Positions 48,390 through 61,018 of a DNA stretch of 64,000 nucleotides are shown here, one piece after another. The number at the start of each line of letters is the position of its first letter. Position 1 is the stretch's first letter. Position numbers and translations under genes: made by a program. The notes under the pieces are model-generated. The model saw only the letters and a list, made by a program, of their open reading frames with translations, did no database searches and was not told where the DNA came from. The DNA lies in assembly GCF_006345805.1 (NCBI RefSeq), contig NC_042998.1:100068001-100132000 (forward strand), written 5' to 3'. The stretch comes from Octopus sinensis. Lineage: Eukaryota.

Positions 48390-49810
48390 GTGAGAGCTGA
48401 GTGCAGGTGGGGACCAAGGTGGATCAACTTCTCCGAGGAGGAGCATGACTGTTGTCCTGTCAGAGGTACTACCCCTCCTGTACACCCTGTACACCAGACA
48501 TACACACATATATTAGAGAAAATAGCAGTTGTGCAAGATGGTGCATGGAGAGTTCAGTTGGATGAGAAATAAGAAAAGAAAGTGGTTTCTGGTGGGGCAG
48601 GAGGGCAGAAATGATGCCAGTAGCTAGGGTTGAATGTCTGTCTGCATGGACAGCTGGTTGAGAGTAACGACATTAGAGAAAAGAAATGTAGCTGAGATGG
48701 AGGAACTGTTAGAGGGGGATGACATTTAATGTGTATTGGGTAGAATGAAGAGAAATCAATCTATGTGTGAGAGTGTGTTGATATGTAAAAGACAGAGGTG
48801 AAAAGGTTTGTGTGGTTAATTGAAATGGAAATCAATTGAAATCAAAGTTGACAGATGTTTTAGAGATTGTAGATGTGAACTCTAACATAGGGTGGAAAAA
48901 GTTGCTAAAAGAAATGGAGATAGTGTAGGTACAATAATCAATACAACAGCTGTATAACTGTTTTGGAGGGTGGAGGCCTCTAAAACAAGCGAAGATTTGG
49001 GCCTCAGCACATCCAAAATCTGGATGGTGCAGCTAGGTGTGGAAACCCTAGTACCCATAGCCACTCCAGTGAACTACAGATAAAATGTTCTGGAAAAAGA
49101 GAAAAAGTTGAGTGTAAGATGAGTTCAATGTGATGAAGTATAAGAGTACTGGACTTCAGTGCAAAGGTCAAAGAAGAATGTGAAGATTAGGAGTATGTTG
49201 TTTTAGATCAGTGGTTCCCAAACTTTTTAAGGCTGTCACCCCCTGGTTCTAAGGCCACGTTCCTCTTCACCATCACAGACAAAGACCATTTTCTGCAGCA
49301 AATTCGAAACAACAGCATTTCACAAATAAAACTTAACCTAATTAGCCCTTTATTTGATTTGCTTTTTGTTTTTTCATGCACTGACCCATTTTGGTCACCC
49401 CATTATTACCCCATTTTTCTTCAAAGCACCCCCTGGATCTTTTCACCGACCCCCAGGGGCCAGTACCGCCCACTTTGGGAACCACTGTTTTAGATGATGC
49501 TGTAAAAGGATTTAACATCCATAAAAAAAAAGCAGCTGGGAGTGACCAGTGAGGGGAGGGACGAGATGAAGAGGCTGAGGGTATGATTGGTGTCATGGAT
49601 GTGGGTGAGAAGACTGGTAGCAATGGTGGGAAGAGTTAGTCAAGATATTTTGAAATGAGTTCACTAGGGCAGTGGCAAGTAGAAACAATAGGATAAACTG
49701 AGACATTGACCTTGTGGAACTTGGAGAGATGGTGGAAGTACATGGTGTGCAAATGATGAGGTTGAAAAGAGCAAATGTGTTGGTATTATGAGGTAGTCAA
49801 AATAGTTGAT
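48390..49810 (-). mobile_element. Decayed Penelope-like reverse transcriptase fragments
   Basis: SKFHKVN..PIVSTCHCPSELISKYLD, IHDTNHTL, MDVKS and GVAMGT segments across frameshifts. Confidence 0.75.
49209..49487. mobile_element. hAT-type MITE inserted in the Penelope remnant
   Basis: TIR CAGTGGTTCCCAAA / TTTGGGAACCACTG; perfect 8-bp TSD ttttagat (49201-08, 49488-95). Confidence 0.92.
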
Positions 49811-50025
49811 TCCCTTTATTCAAATTGTCTTAATTTAGCTAGGAATTAGACTAGCTATTTGTCAGTTTGACAAAAAGGTTTCTCTCCTACTTTGTAATTG
49901 AGTGGTCAACAATAGGAAGGATGTATAACTGCAATAATAATTGCTCCCCCCCCCAAAAAAAAGGATGCAAAATAGCAAAACAAAATAGATCTCTCCATAT
50001 ATAAAAACAAAATAATGAAACAAAC

Positions 50026-50103
50026 CAGCAGTTGGATCAGATTCTAGAGCTATCTCCATCGCATTGGTTACACTTTGAAATAGATTCATCTTCATTGTTT
50101 CTC
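50026..50103 (-). CDS. BCKDHB: BCKDHB exon 2 (GETMKMNLFQSVTNAMEIALESDPTA)
   Basis: aactag| acceptor, weak donor |gtttgt, 78 nt, phase 1->1. Confidence 0.92.
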
Positions 50104-52228
50104 CTAGTTAATAAGAAAAAAAAAAGGAAAGAAAATATAAGAGTAAATATGGAAAAAAAAACATGAAATAATTTGGTAAAATTTTAAGGAGAGAAAGAAA
50201 GTATTTTTATATGTTTTTTCTTCAAAAATTTGGGACAAAACGTTTAACAAAACTGACACAGAAAAAACATTAAGTGAATAGTAAGTTAAAAAAAGTTGAC
50301 AAGGTGAAAGATGTCAATCTGTCTGTGAAAAAGAAAAGACATTTATGTAAATTCATTAACTAATACAATGTCATAGAATCAAATCTGAATTAATTGAGCT
50401 TGAGGTGACATATTACAATTTTATCTGGTTCATATGAAATTGGGTCATGATTAAAATGTTTGTGGGGTCGCAATATTGTGCTGATATGATACTCTTTTAC
50501 AGTCACTGGGCAATGACAAAGCTGAGGTACTACCTTCAGGTGTTGTAACTGCTTATATTGATCCTGATACTTTGTCTCGCACTATTTTATTCATTTCATA
50601 CTTTTGGTATAAAGTGATGTGACTTGTGTAGACGACTACAAGGTATTTTTGTTCAATTCAACAGTCTATTGGTTATTCATTGCTAATTGATTTATAAAAT
50701 TAAAAAAATAAAAAACACTCAACCCACTCAGGAAGATAAATTCTTAACCTACCCAACAAACACTCAACCCAAATCAAATTACATTTCTTACCCTCAGTTC
50801 CAACTTACACCTACAACCAAAATGTGACCAAACAGAAAAAGGTTGAGCTCAAACTCCTCTACCAAACCCTACAAAATGTCAGACAAATGTAGGCATAGGA
50901 GTGGTTGTGTGGTAAGTAGCTTGCTTATCAACCACATGGTTCCAGGTTCAGTCCCACTGCGTGGCACCTTGGGCAAGTGTCTTCTATTATAGCCTTGGGC
51001 TGACCAAAGCGTTGTGAGTGGATTTGGTAGACGGAAACTGAAAGAAGCCTGTCATATATATATATCATCATATATATATGTATGTGTGTGTGTGTATATG
51101 TTTGTCCCCCCAACATCACTTGACAACCAATGCTGGTGTACTTACGTCCCCATAACTTAGCAGTTTGGCAAAAGAGTGTGATAGAATAAGTACTGGGCTT
51201 ACAAAGAATAAGTCCTGGGGTCGATTTGCTCGACTAAAAGCGGTGCTCCAGTATGGCCACAGTCAAATGACTGAAACAAGTAAAAGAGTAATGCTTATCT
51301 GAGATGAATAATGGATGCCCACACACAATAAACAAATAATCAAGAGGAACCTTTAAACAAGCTCCACAAAATTCTAAAAAATAATGACTTCAAAATATGT
51401 AAACATGATAAAAATATTATGTTCATAATCATGGAGAAGATGAATATTCCTAAAAAATTAACATTGTATTCAGTGACAAAAACCTATTTATTCAGAGAGA
51501 TAACGTCACCCAAATAAAAGTTAAACTGAACAAATCTGTTATTTATTTTTTATCTTTTAATCAGGTGGGAAGGCAATTCCTATGATGTCTTACAGGATCT
51601 CTGAGACAGTTAGAAGGGAGAGAGGAAGGGAAGAATCCTCAAACCAGGAGCCTGGCCTGCATGCTTACAGCAGTGGACTCTGCTAAAGGTATCTATTGTG
51701 CCAGATGATGGTGGTGTTAAACTGGGCAATAGATTAAGTCTACTACTCTGAAGTAATTACATCAATAAGTACACAAACTGGAGCCCCTTCTTTCCTCTGC
51801 ATCGCAAGAGAAGCAACCCAACACATATCGATGTAATAGTAAAATTACATGGAATACCAATATGTCCTCCCTAGGAGCCTATGTTTGCAGTGTTCTACAT
51901 AGTTTTAGTTATAAGCACAAGTTATTTAGTTTGCACACTCATCAGAACTAACATACTGAAAGATATTGAGATATTAAAGGTAGACACCATTTTAAAATTC
52001 AACATTCAGAACAGTTCAAATAAACCTCCTAGCAATACAAGGACTCTACTTTCAGATATAAGCATTGTGAGAGAAAACAACATATACATTGAGTCTGTTT
52101 ATAGTAAAAATATAATCAAATGTGCTGTTGTTGTATTTGCCAACTAAACGTGGCGGTCCCATAGAAGACAGTGTTACTGTTGTTTTAGCCCCAGGAAGAC
52201 CGACCGACCTACCTACCTACCTACCTAT

Positions 52229-53429
52229 CGATGCGCAGACACGCGCTGAGACTGCGACATCTCAGGCTCTTAGTAGACAACGGTGAACAGGTGTGGTTGC
52301 CGTTTGTGAGGCACGCTTTCCTGCAGCTCGTCTCCATGACCGAACTGCAGTCGTGGATCAAAAAGAGGCCGAGGAAGGGCGAATGGCACCGCGAGTGTCG
52401 CATTGCTCTCAAGCAACTCTGCCGTCCCGGGTCGACCTTGAGTGACTCCATCACAACCCAAGCATTCTATAGGGGATTAGTGGAGGGGAGGTACGTCGAC
52501 GAGGAATACCTGACCCGCTTGTTCGGGACGACTTTCGGGCCAGGGCCCATGGACAACTTCCAGAGATCCCTGGCCTGGCAGTGCTACCGAGAAGCGCTAC
52601 CCGTTTGGGATAAGCTCTACAGACACGGCTCGAGAAACACGGGGCTGACCTGCCCGAGATGCGGTCAGAGCGACGAAACTGTTCTGCACGCACTCGTGCA
52701 GTGTCCAGCAATTTCCGACCTGTGGGCTTATGTTGAAAAACTGCTGTCACGTGTGGGACGAGTCGGTTTATCAGCTGAGTCTATCGTCAATATTGTCACG
52801 CCTCCTTCCTTCAAATGAGAAGGAAGAGCTATTTTCATCTTCCTTGTGGCTATGGCGAAAGAATGTATCTGGTGGATGCGTCTGAAAGGATTGGAGACAA
52901 ACACTTTCCTCTCTGGTCAATCTCTCATCAACTTCTTCAAGTATCACTTGAAAAGGAAAGTGAGAGTAGAGAGGCAAGTTTTGTCTAGCGAATGTTTTAA
53001 AAAAAGATGGGTGAATGTAGCAAGGATGGCATGTATGAATGACGAAGTCACCTTGAGCATAATCCTATGAACTCAGAAATTGAAAACAGAGGGTTACCCA
53101 CTTGCAAACAAATGTGGTAACATATAACAATATTGACCGAGGTTACCGTGGTCTTTTTCGTAGGCTTTTCTTCCCATGGATAAACCTTATCTGCTTCCCC
53201 CTTTACACCGTACATCATGACACTGTGATACATGATCCCTATTGATCGTTTTTTTTCTCCTCTTTTTTTCTTCTTTTTTCTTTTCTTTTCCTGTTTTTCT
53301 TTTTTCCCTTTTACGATCCCTCTCGATCGAAAACCTACGCCACTTTTTTTTTTTCATCCCCCAAAAGAAAAGCTCTACCTTGTAATTTGTCCCATCTGTG
53401 TGCAGCCCTGTGTGGCTAATAAAGAAACT
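52229..53429 (+). mobile_element. 3' fragment of an L1/Tx1-clade LINE
   Basis: LAWQCYREALPV..L..TCPRCGQSDETVLHALVQC (zf-RVT-type CCHC); one in-frame stop at 52816-18, frame continues to 53070; T-rich 3' UTR, AATAAA at 53418. Confidence 0.85.
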
Positions 53430-55500
53430 TATCTATCTATCCATCCATATATCCATATGCTTATTGAATTTAAAATTTTGAAAACGTGGTTTCTTGCATA
53501 TTCAAAATCTTCGTCAACTAAAACAGGAAAAAAAAAATTTCGAAAGAAGTTCAAAATTTTTGATTTGGTGGGGGGGGGGAATTAAATATTTTTTTTCATA
53601 TTCATAATCTCCGACATCTAAAACGTAGGAATCAGGGAAAAAATTTTTTTTAAAGTCCATTTTTCCAGGAGAGCTGCGATTCTGCATTGACCCCGAAAAA
53701 TAAATACAAAAAACACTCTTAAAATGTATTATATAAACAAAATGAACACTAATAGAACAGATGAACACATCAAAATCCACCTTAAAACAAAACAATGTAT
53801 TGCACTAAATGATAAATTAACACTAATACAGCATGGCCGCAGTCCAATGTCTGGCAGAAGTAAAAGTAACCATTATCATTTTACGTCCAATTTCGACATT
53901 GGTATGGATTTGGACGGTTGGACAAGATTTGGCGAACTGCGCCGAGTTCCAGTGTCAGCTGTGGGCATGGTTGCTATGGCCGAACGCCCTTCCCAAAGTC
54001 AACCATGTAACAGTGTGTAATACTAGAACAAAATAAAATTATCTGAATGTGGCAGTGTGGTAACAAGTTTGCTTCCCAACCATATATAGTTCCAGGTTCA
54101 GTCCCACTGAGTGTCACCTTTGGCCAATTCTTTTCTACTATAGCCTCGAGAGTGGATTTGGTAGACGGAAACTAAAAGAAATCCGTCGTATATATATATA
54201 TCTGTGTCTTTGTGCCTGTGTTTTTCCCCCACCACTGCTTGACAACCAGTGTCGGTGTGTTTATGTCACCGTAACTTAGCGGTTCAGCAAAAAGAGACTG
54301 GTAGAATAAATATTCGGCTTCAAAGCTCAAGGCAGTGCCCCGGCATAGCTGGAGTCAAATGATTGAGACAAGTAAAAGAAACAGGTGCTCGATCGTGCGA
54401 GAGAGAGGCAGACAGACAATCAGACAAAGAGAACGTAAGCGTGTGTTCATGTGTATGAGGGTGTTTATGAATATATGTATAAGTGTGTGATTGTTTTAAG
54501 TTTTTTTCCGCATAAATATAAATATACATGTGCGTGTATATACACATGTGTATAAATGATTGACAGAATTAGTAGAATGCTGGACAAAATATATTGCGAT
54601 GTTTAGTTTCGTGTCTTTACAATCTAAGTTCAAATCCTATCCAAGTCTCTACTTTGTCTTTTACCTTCTTGAGGGTCAATAAAATAAAATACGAGTTAAT
54701 TCATACGTCTAATGGTAATTTAACAACTTCATATCCATATTCAGTAGTATTTCCTTTCTCAGTGACGAGTATGTTAGATATTTTCTCAGCCCTCAGTTTA
54801 TGTAAATATAAGTTTGTTTACTATTACAAAGACATGTGAAAGACGCAGACCCGTCGCCAGACTTTGATGTCTGGGTATGCTTCAGAATATTCTGGGTGGG
54901 TACTGATTTGTAATAATGTTAAAATGGAGTTTCGAAATAAGTATATCACTGTAAATCTTAGGATGCACCATTGAATAGTGAGGGAATAGTGCCGTCCAGT
55001 GTACCCCCTTAGCAACGAGCATGCATGGCGTTCCTCCATGGCTGTATGGTGGGTTCAGTGCCACTGTGAACAAAAGAAGTCTTTCCAAAACGGACCAGTT
55101 ATCATTTATGATGATTTTCGAGTATATATTTTTGCTGGTGATTTCCCCACCTTTGATCTATAGCAAAATGTTGGAGGTAGAGCAGTGTGGCCACATGTTT
55201 AAAATTCGGAGCTAATGCAGAATCGCACCTCTCCTTAAAAAATGCATTAAAAAATAATTTTTTTTCGGACTACTACGTTTTAGATGTCAGAGATTTACGA
55301 ATATGCAAAAGAAAAAAGAAAAATTAATTTCAACCCACCACCCCAATTTAAAATTTTGAACTTCTTTCGAATTTTTTTCGCTTTTGTTTTAGATGACGGC
55401 AATTCCAAATATGCAAGAAACCATGTTTTCAAAATTTTAAATACAATAAGCATATGAATATGTGAATGGATGGATAGATAGGTAGATAGATATTATAGAT

Positions 55501-55502
<2 letters not shown>

Positions 55503-55556
<54 letters not shown>
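55503..55556. repeat. (AT)n microsatellite, one of many (AT)n, (GT)n and (GAT)n tracts
   Basis: Direct reading of the sequence. Confidence 0.95.
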
Positions 55557-55559
<3 letters not shown>

Positions 55560-57101
55560 AAACAGGTGCTCGATCGTGCGAGAGAGACAGACAGACATAG
55601 ATAGATAGATATGAATATCTTCTTGGGACCAAAATAACAGTAACACCGCCTTCTATAGGACCAGGGATAAATAGTTAGACAGATAAATAAATAAATGAAA
55701 AAGTTCAAAATTTAAAATTGGGGGAGGGGTGAAATTTGAGCCCCATATATTTAATTTACATTTAATCATTATTTACGATTTAAGGCAAACACAAATAAAA
55801 GGCAAATTCTTTTCACTTTAATGTTTGTGTCTATATCTAATTTCCATTTGTAAATGTTCGTCAATCCGCTTCAATTTCTTTAAAGTAAACAAAATCAAAA
55901 TTTTAAATTGGGATGGGGGTGGGTGAAATAATCTTTTTTTTTTATTTTGCATGTTAAACATCTAAGACGTAGAAATCCGAAAATGCCCCCCCCCCCCCAA
56001 AAAAATGCATTTTTCAAGGGTAGGTGCGATTCTGCATTAGCCCCTAAAATTCTTATAGGTAGAACGTTAAATTATTGATATTCCTTTTCATGGTTGATAA
56101 AATAAGTACCAGGTTCCATCCGCAAAATTTTAAGCCTTGTGCCAATAGTAGAAAGAATTATTGATGTCATTCATTTGCAAAACAGAAAAGAAAGCTAAAG
56201 CTTGCAAAAGAGAAAACACATGTCATACACCAAAATTATCACGTTCCAATTAGTATTTTTAATCAAGCGTGATTATTCCATGTTAGGTCCCAGAGCATAA
56301 GATTACTCGTGTGAATGAACAATATTTCTTAGAAATTAGATGATAACGACCTTCATTAAGAAAGAGATCACAAAATAATCAGTTAGGGTCAATTTAAGAC
56401 ACACAAATGTGATCGATATGATCTGTCTGATCTATGAAACTAGAGTATAAATAGTGATAATGGATAAACATTCATTGATTAGACATGACCTTAAGAAAAT
56501 GCAAATGTAGCCTTTGTTTTCTTTTTCTTATTATTCAATATCAGTATTTTGGTCTTATTCAATGACATCTTCAACTTACTGAGCTTGAAATTTCCCTATT
56601 TTCCACCATCCTATTGTAGATGATCGTGAGCCTATAAAGTACTTTTTCTATTCCAACTAGACGCTTTAATAAGGAACATAGGTCAAAGTTCTAGCCCTCA
56701 ACATAACTTTATTCTTCACCTTTCACGGCGGTAGCACAGGTTCCTCTGTTCTGAATATCACATTATGTTCACCTGTTTCTAGCACCTCTATATGTTGTCA
56801 AAAAATTACAGAATTCAGCTCGGGTTGCTCTTCTATTTTACTACATTACAGAATTGGAAGAATCAAGAAAGCTTCGGACATAAACAGTCTCCGTCATCTG
56901 GTTACAATGTTTTACGTTCTGATTTCAAATCGTGCTGAGGTCAACTTTGCATTGGTCTCGGTTTGAAATCAATTTCATTACCATTATTATCATTATTACT
57001 ACTACTACTATTCAGATATGAATAATTTTTTTCTTAAAACATATGGGCGATCGTTTCAGGATCTATTCTCTAATCAGTGTATCTTTGTAAGATTTAATGT
57101 T

Positions 57102-57132
<31 letters not shown>

Positions 57133-57523
57133 TAACGAGCGTGTTGGCACGTAGGTTCCATTGAACCTTGTGGTGTGCGACCAATTGATGCACTTTAGTG
57201 TTGAATTGATGTTTTTTTTCTTTCTTAGCACATGTTTGTGTTTTTTTTTTGGGGGGGGGGAGATTAGTATTTTGATGTGGTTTTGTATTATATTTGAATC
57301 TTTAATAACTTTAATTTGAATTTAGGAAAAAAAATTCTCTAAGATTCCCCCTCCCACCAAAAAACAATAAATAAAATAACGAAAACGATTTGATTTTCCT
57401 ATGAATTAAGAAAACGGTAAAACAGCAGAAATAAGATTGCACTAAAAAAAATGAATTTTTTGTTTTTGTAACTAAGTGAATAAACAACCAATACATAAAA
57501 TTTCAGTCATTCGTTGACCTTAC

Positions 57524-57665
57524 CGTATTCTCTGGGAGCTGTATCAGGTACATAGGTAAATGTAGCATATTTAGAAATAGGCAAATACCCTTTCATTAAT
57601 TTAGACTGTGACTTTGCCTTGAGTAGTGTGCGAACACATTTGTGTAATAACATTCTGGATGTCAT
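57524..57665 (-). CDS. BCKDHB: BCKDHB exon 1 with basic mitochondrial presequence (MTSRMLLHKCVRTLLKAK...ATFTYVPDTAPREYG)
   Basis: ATG at 57665, donor G|gtaagg; FTYVPD..PREYG parallels human FTFQPDPEPREYG; spliced CDS totals 1125 nt = 374 aa plus stop. Confidence 0.9.
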
Positions 57666-58186
57666 GAGTACCGTATGCAAATAAACGTAAATTCTTCAGT
57701 GCCTCACGATTATAAACAGACTTCCAACCACAAAATAGCAGTTCCGGTGAAAGTTAAAATGCAGACGACGTAAAATACTCTTAAATCGGCGGTAAATATA
57801 TCATAAACAGAAACTAAGACTGTGTTTCTTTCAGCGATTTTGAGTGAAATATAATACAGGTAACCAGTGCTTTAAAGCAAAGAGTTATTACACCTGAGAT
57901 AACATTGTACGTGTATTTGTGTAAGTCGAGAAAGTCTGTTAATACATGTGTCGAGCGGAGACGAGAATATACCTGCTGCTGACTAGTTCAAAATAATAGG
58001 TGGAAACTTTTAAATTATTTACCACTAATTGAATTAGTCTAAAATTATATTAATATTTATATTTAATTTTCTCGGCTAATATTTTATTATAGTTGTTTCG
58101 TGACTAAGACGTCATATCTGTTTTTCAAATCTACTTATAATCGAGTTACTGCCGAGCAGTTTCTACTGCTATTTATTGTGTTCAAT
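57666..58186. promoter_or_regulatory. Probable bidirectional promoter / 5' UTR region between BCKDHB and ATE1
   Basis: Only 521 bp separate the two divergent ATGs; free of recognisable repeats and visibly CpG-retaining. Confidence 0.7.
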
Positions 58187-58277
58187 ATGGCGGAATTTTC
58201 GATTGTAGAATATTTCGCTGAGCATGAAAAATACCATTGTGGCTATTGCAATTCGCCTGATACTAACTATTCACACG
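58187..58277 (+). CDS. ATE1: Arginyl-tRNA--protein transferase 1, first coding exon (MAEFSIVEYFAEHEKYHCGYCNSPDTNYSHG)
   Basis: S-I/V-V-E-Y-F...C-G-Y-C...S-x-G N-terminal ATE1 motif; donor G|gtaag, phase 1; no further exons recognised in the window. Confidence 0.85.
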
Positions 58278-60679
58278 GTAAGAAAAATTTTACTTTATTT
58301 AAATTTTAACTGAATAACTATGAAAACTGTATATTTACAGAACACTTGATAATCAACATCTTTTAGAATATAGTCTTAAGAAAATTCATTTTTATTGTTT
58401 GTCAATGTTAAATATTCATATTGACAGCTTTCTCAATTTATTTTATCCTTCATACTGTACATTCACTTCTAGTTTGGTGCAGTACTTGCAACGTCAACCG
58501 GCGATGTGAAGCTAAAGGGCTGCTTACTGCGTCAGTCAGTCAGACCGACCTCAGACTGTAAATGCATCTAACAAGCCTGCGATGACATAATTAGTTGAGT
58601 AAATGCTAGGTTTGAAGAAGAGGACCACCGCAATGAATTTTGTTTTAATATTGTCTTCATTTGCTTGTATCTAACACTGACTTGTATAAATAATTAACGC
58701 TTGCCAGTATTTATCATATACATTTGTTTATATGATAGGAATTCTTTGGATTAGCCACAAGGACATTTTTTCCTTTTATTCGACTGTGTACAGTCAGTTG
58801 AGTTTGTCACAGTACAAAACTGGTATTTATTTTGTTTAGTCTGGGAATTAATGAACTACAAAATCAACTCTAATACGGAAAATAGTCACAGCGAACCGTA
58901 TGATATAGCTGCCTGCTGTCACGACCACCTCCCTTTCCTTTTTATGTATGTATTAGCTATGATTCATACTAAGTTTCGGAATATGCTCGTTCTCTCTTTG
59001 GACACCTTCAAAAGAATAAATCGTACTTCAGCTAGCTTTTCTCTCACTCTGTCTTTTAACTTGTTTCAGTTATTAAACTGCGGCCATGCTGGAGCACCGC
59101 CTTGAATTTTTAGTCGAATGAATCGACTTCAGTACTTATTTTCTTTTTTAAGTCTGGCACTTATTGTATTGGGTTCTTTTGTCAAGTGGTGGTGGTGGGG
59201 GGCACCCTCGCACATACACACACACATATATGGCGAGCTTCTTTCAGTTTTCGTCTACCAAATCCACTCATAAGATTTTGTTCAGTTCGAGGCTATAGTG
59301 GAAGACACTTGACCAAGATGGCACGAAGTGACACAGAACTAGAAAGCAAACTTCTTACCATGCAGCCACACCTGTGTTACTAAGTCAAATTATGTTAATT
59401 TCTTTTTTAAGTTATTGCGTAACTACACATTAGTCCTGGGCAAACAGACTTATTTCACGTCGGTAGTCGACAAAACAGTTGGTTCAGTTTATAGCACATA
59501 TTCGTCGTACATCATCTCATTGAGGAACTTAACAGCATTTTCTGATTTGCAGAGGTTGTTGTTTAGCTCTCAACTTATCCCTGATTGAACAGACCTGTTA
59601 CTAAGGATATTCTAGTCATGACTATTCGCCCTTTTTGAAAGTATCTTGGACCACGTGATGCAGTGTTTTTCTTATTTTTTGTTTTGTTTTGTTTTTGTTT
59701 TCAAATCACATAGCTTAATTGGAGGTATATTTGGCTGCCATTTCTAGCAGGATGAGCGATCCCGTAGAAACGTCCTAGTCTGTGTTGCAGTTTGGCCGTG
59801 CTACTCCCCCTCCTCTTTTGTATGTCTATGTTTTGGAAGTGGCTGCAATGGAAACTAGCTAAATGAATGTAAATCACCAGCATATAACCAATAGTTAGTT
59901 AACAATCAAACTATGACTAATACTAAGAAATTACACAAGAATGACATAAATGGCAAATTATGAATTTCTGTATCTTGTTTAGTGTCATGGAACCTATTGA
60001 AAAAAGTTTAGAACGGAAAACTTCTGTAGAGAGCTTGTGTCCTGCCATGATGATGATGTGCAATCACATGTTACATAGATTGAAATGTGGTTTGATAAAT
60101 TGTCAAAATGAGATATAAAAGTTGCACAAGTGACATTGATATCTTAATAGTTTAAGCATAGTCTGATAATAATATTTTCTACTTCGTTATCTGTTCTAAT
60201 AACAATAATAATAATCCTTTCTACTATTGGCACAAGGTCTGAAATTTTGGGAGAGGGGTGGGGCAGTTGATTAGATTGACTCCAGTACACAACTGGGACT
60301 TAATTTATCAAGCCTGAAAGGATGAAAGGCAAAGTCGACCTCTGTGGAATTTAAGCTCAGAATGTAAGGACGGATGAAATGTTACACCCGGATGAAATGT
60401 TTCACCCAGCTTACTAACAATTCTGCTAGCTCGCCGCCTTAATAATAATAATCATCCAGTGAGGAGCTTCCGCATACTCGTGTATCTTGTCCAGTATAGT
60501 GAGCAAATCTCCTCAAATATATTTATTTTTCACTTTATAATGTCAGCAATGTGAACAACACAGTCAGTGGGACCTCTGACAATGTAAGAAGATTTCAGAT
60601 GTGCTAAATATGTTAACTAGATTCTGTTGAGTAGACAGAAACTAAAAGAAGCTTGTGTGTGTGTGTGTGTGTGTGTGTG

Positions 60680-60902
60680 TGCCAGCAACCGTGGAGATTG
60701 GCAACGTACTGTAAAAGAGGGAACACAAAGGAGTGATAGAGAGAGAGAAGAGAAATGGAAAGACAAGAAAAGACGTCAACAAGAAACTATGACATTACAA
60801 CCAGCCAAGCAAAGTCTTAGCTATATTTGCAGCACCTGCCAGAGGGAGTGTTTGTCCAGGATAGGACTACACAGCCACAGCAGGAAATGTATTAGGACAT
60901 GA
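60680..60902 (+). mobile_element. 3' end of an RTE-BovB-like LINE
   Basis: RGDWQRTVKEG..CSTCQRECLSRIGLHSHSRKC C-terminal zinc-finger motif. Confidence 0.8.
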
Positions 60903-60967
60903 AATATAAAAGCCGGACTAGATTATTTTATACGCAACTCCATTGTCTCCCAAGACAAAAAGGATGC

Positions 60968-61018
<51 letters not shown>

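Larger units (their letters stand above)
52150..56045. repeat. Cluster of a microsatellite-containing repeat family: copy A (+, 52150-52228 and 53430-53695), B (-, 55212-55665), C (+, partial, 55690-56045), D (partial, 54375-54545)
   Basis: Shared ends ggtccYatagaagRcRgtgttactgtt.. and ..gtgcgattctgcattRRcYcc; internal (CTAY)n and (GTCT)n. Confidence 0.7.
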
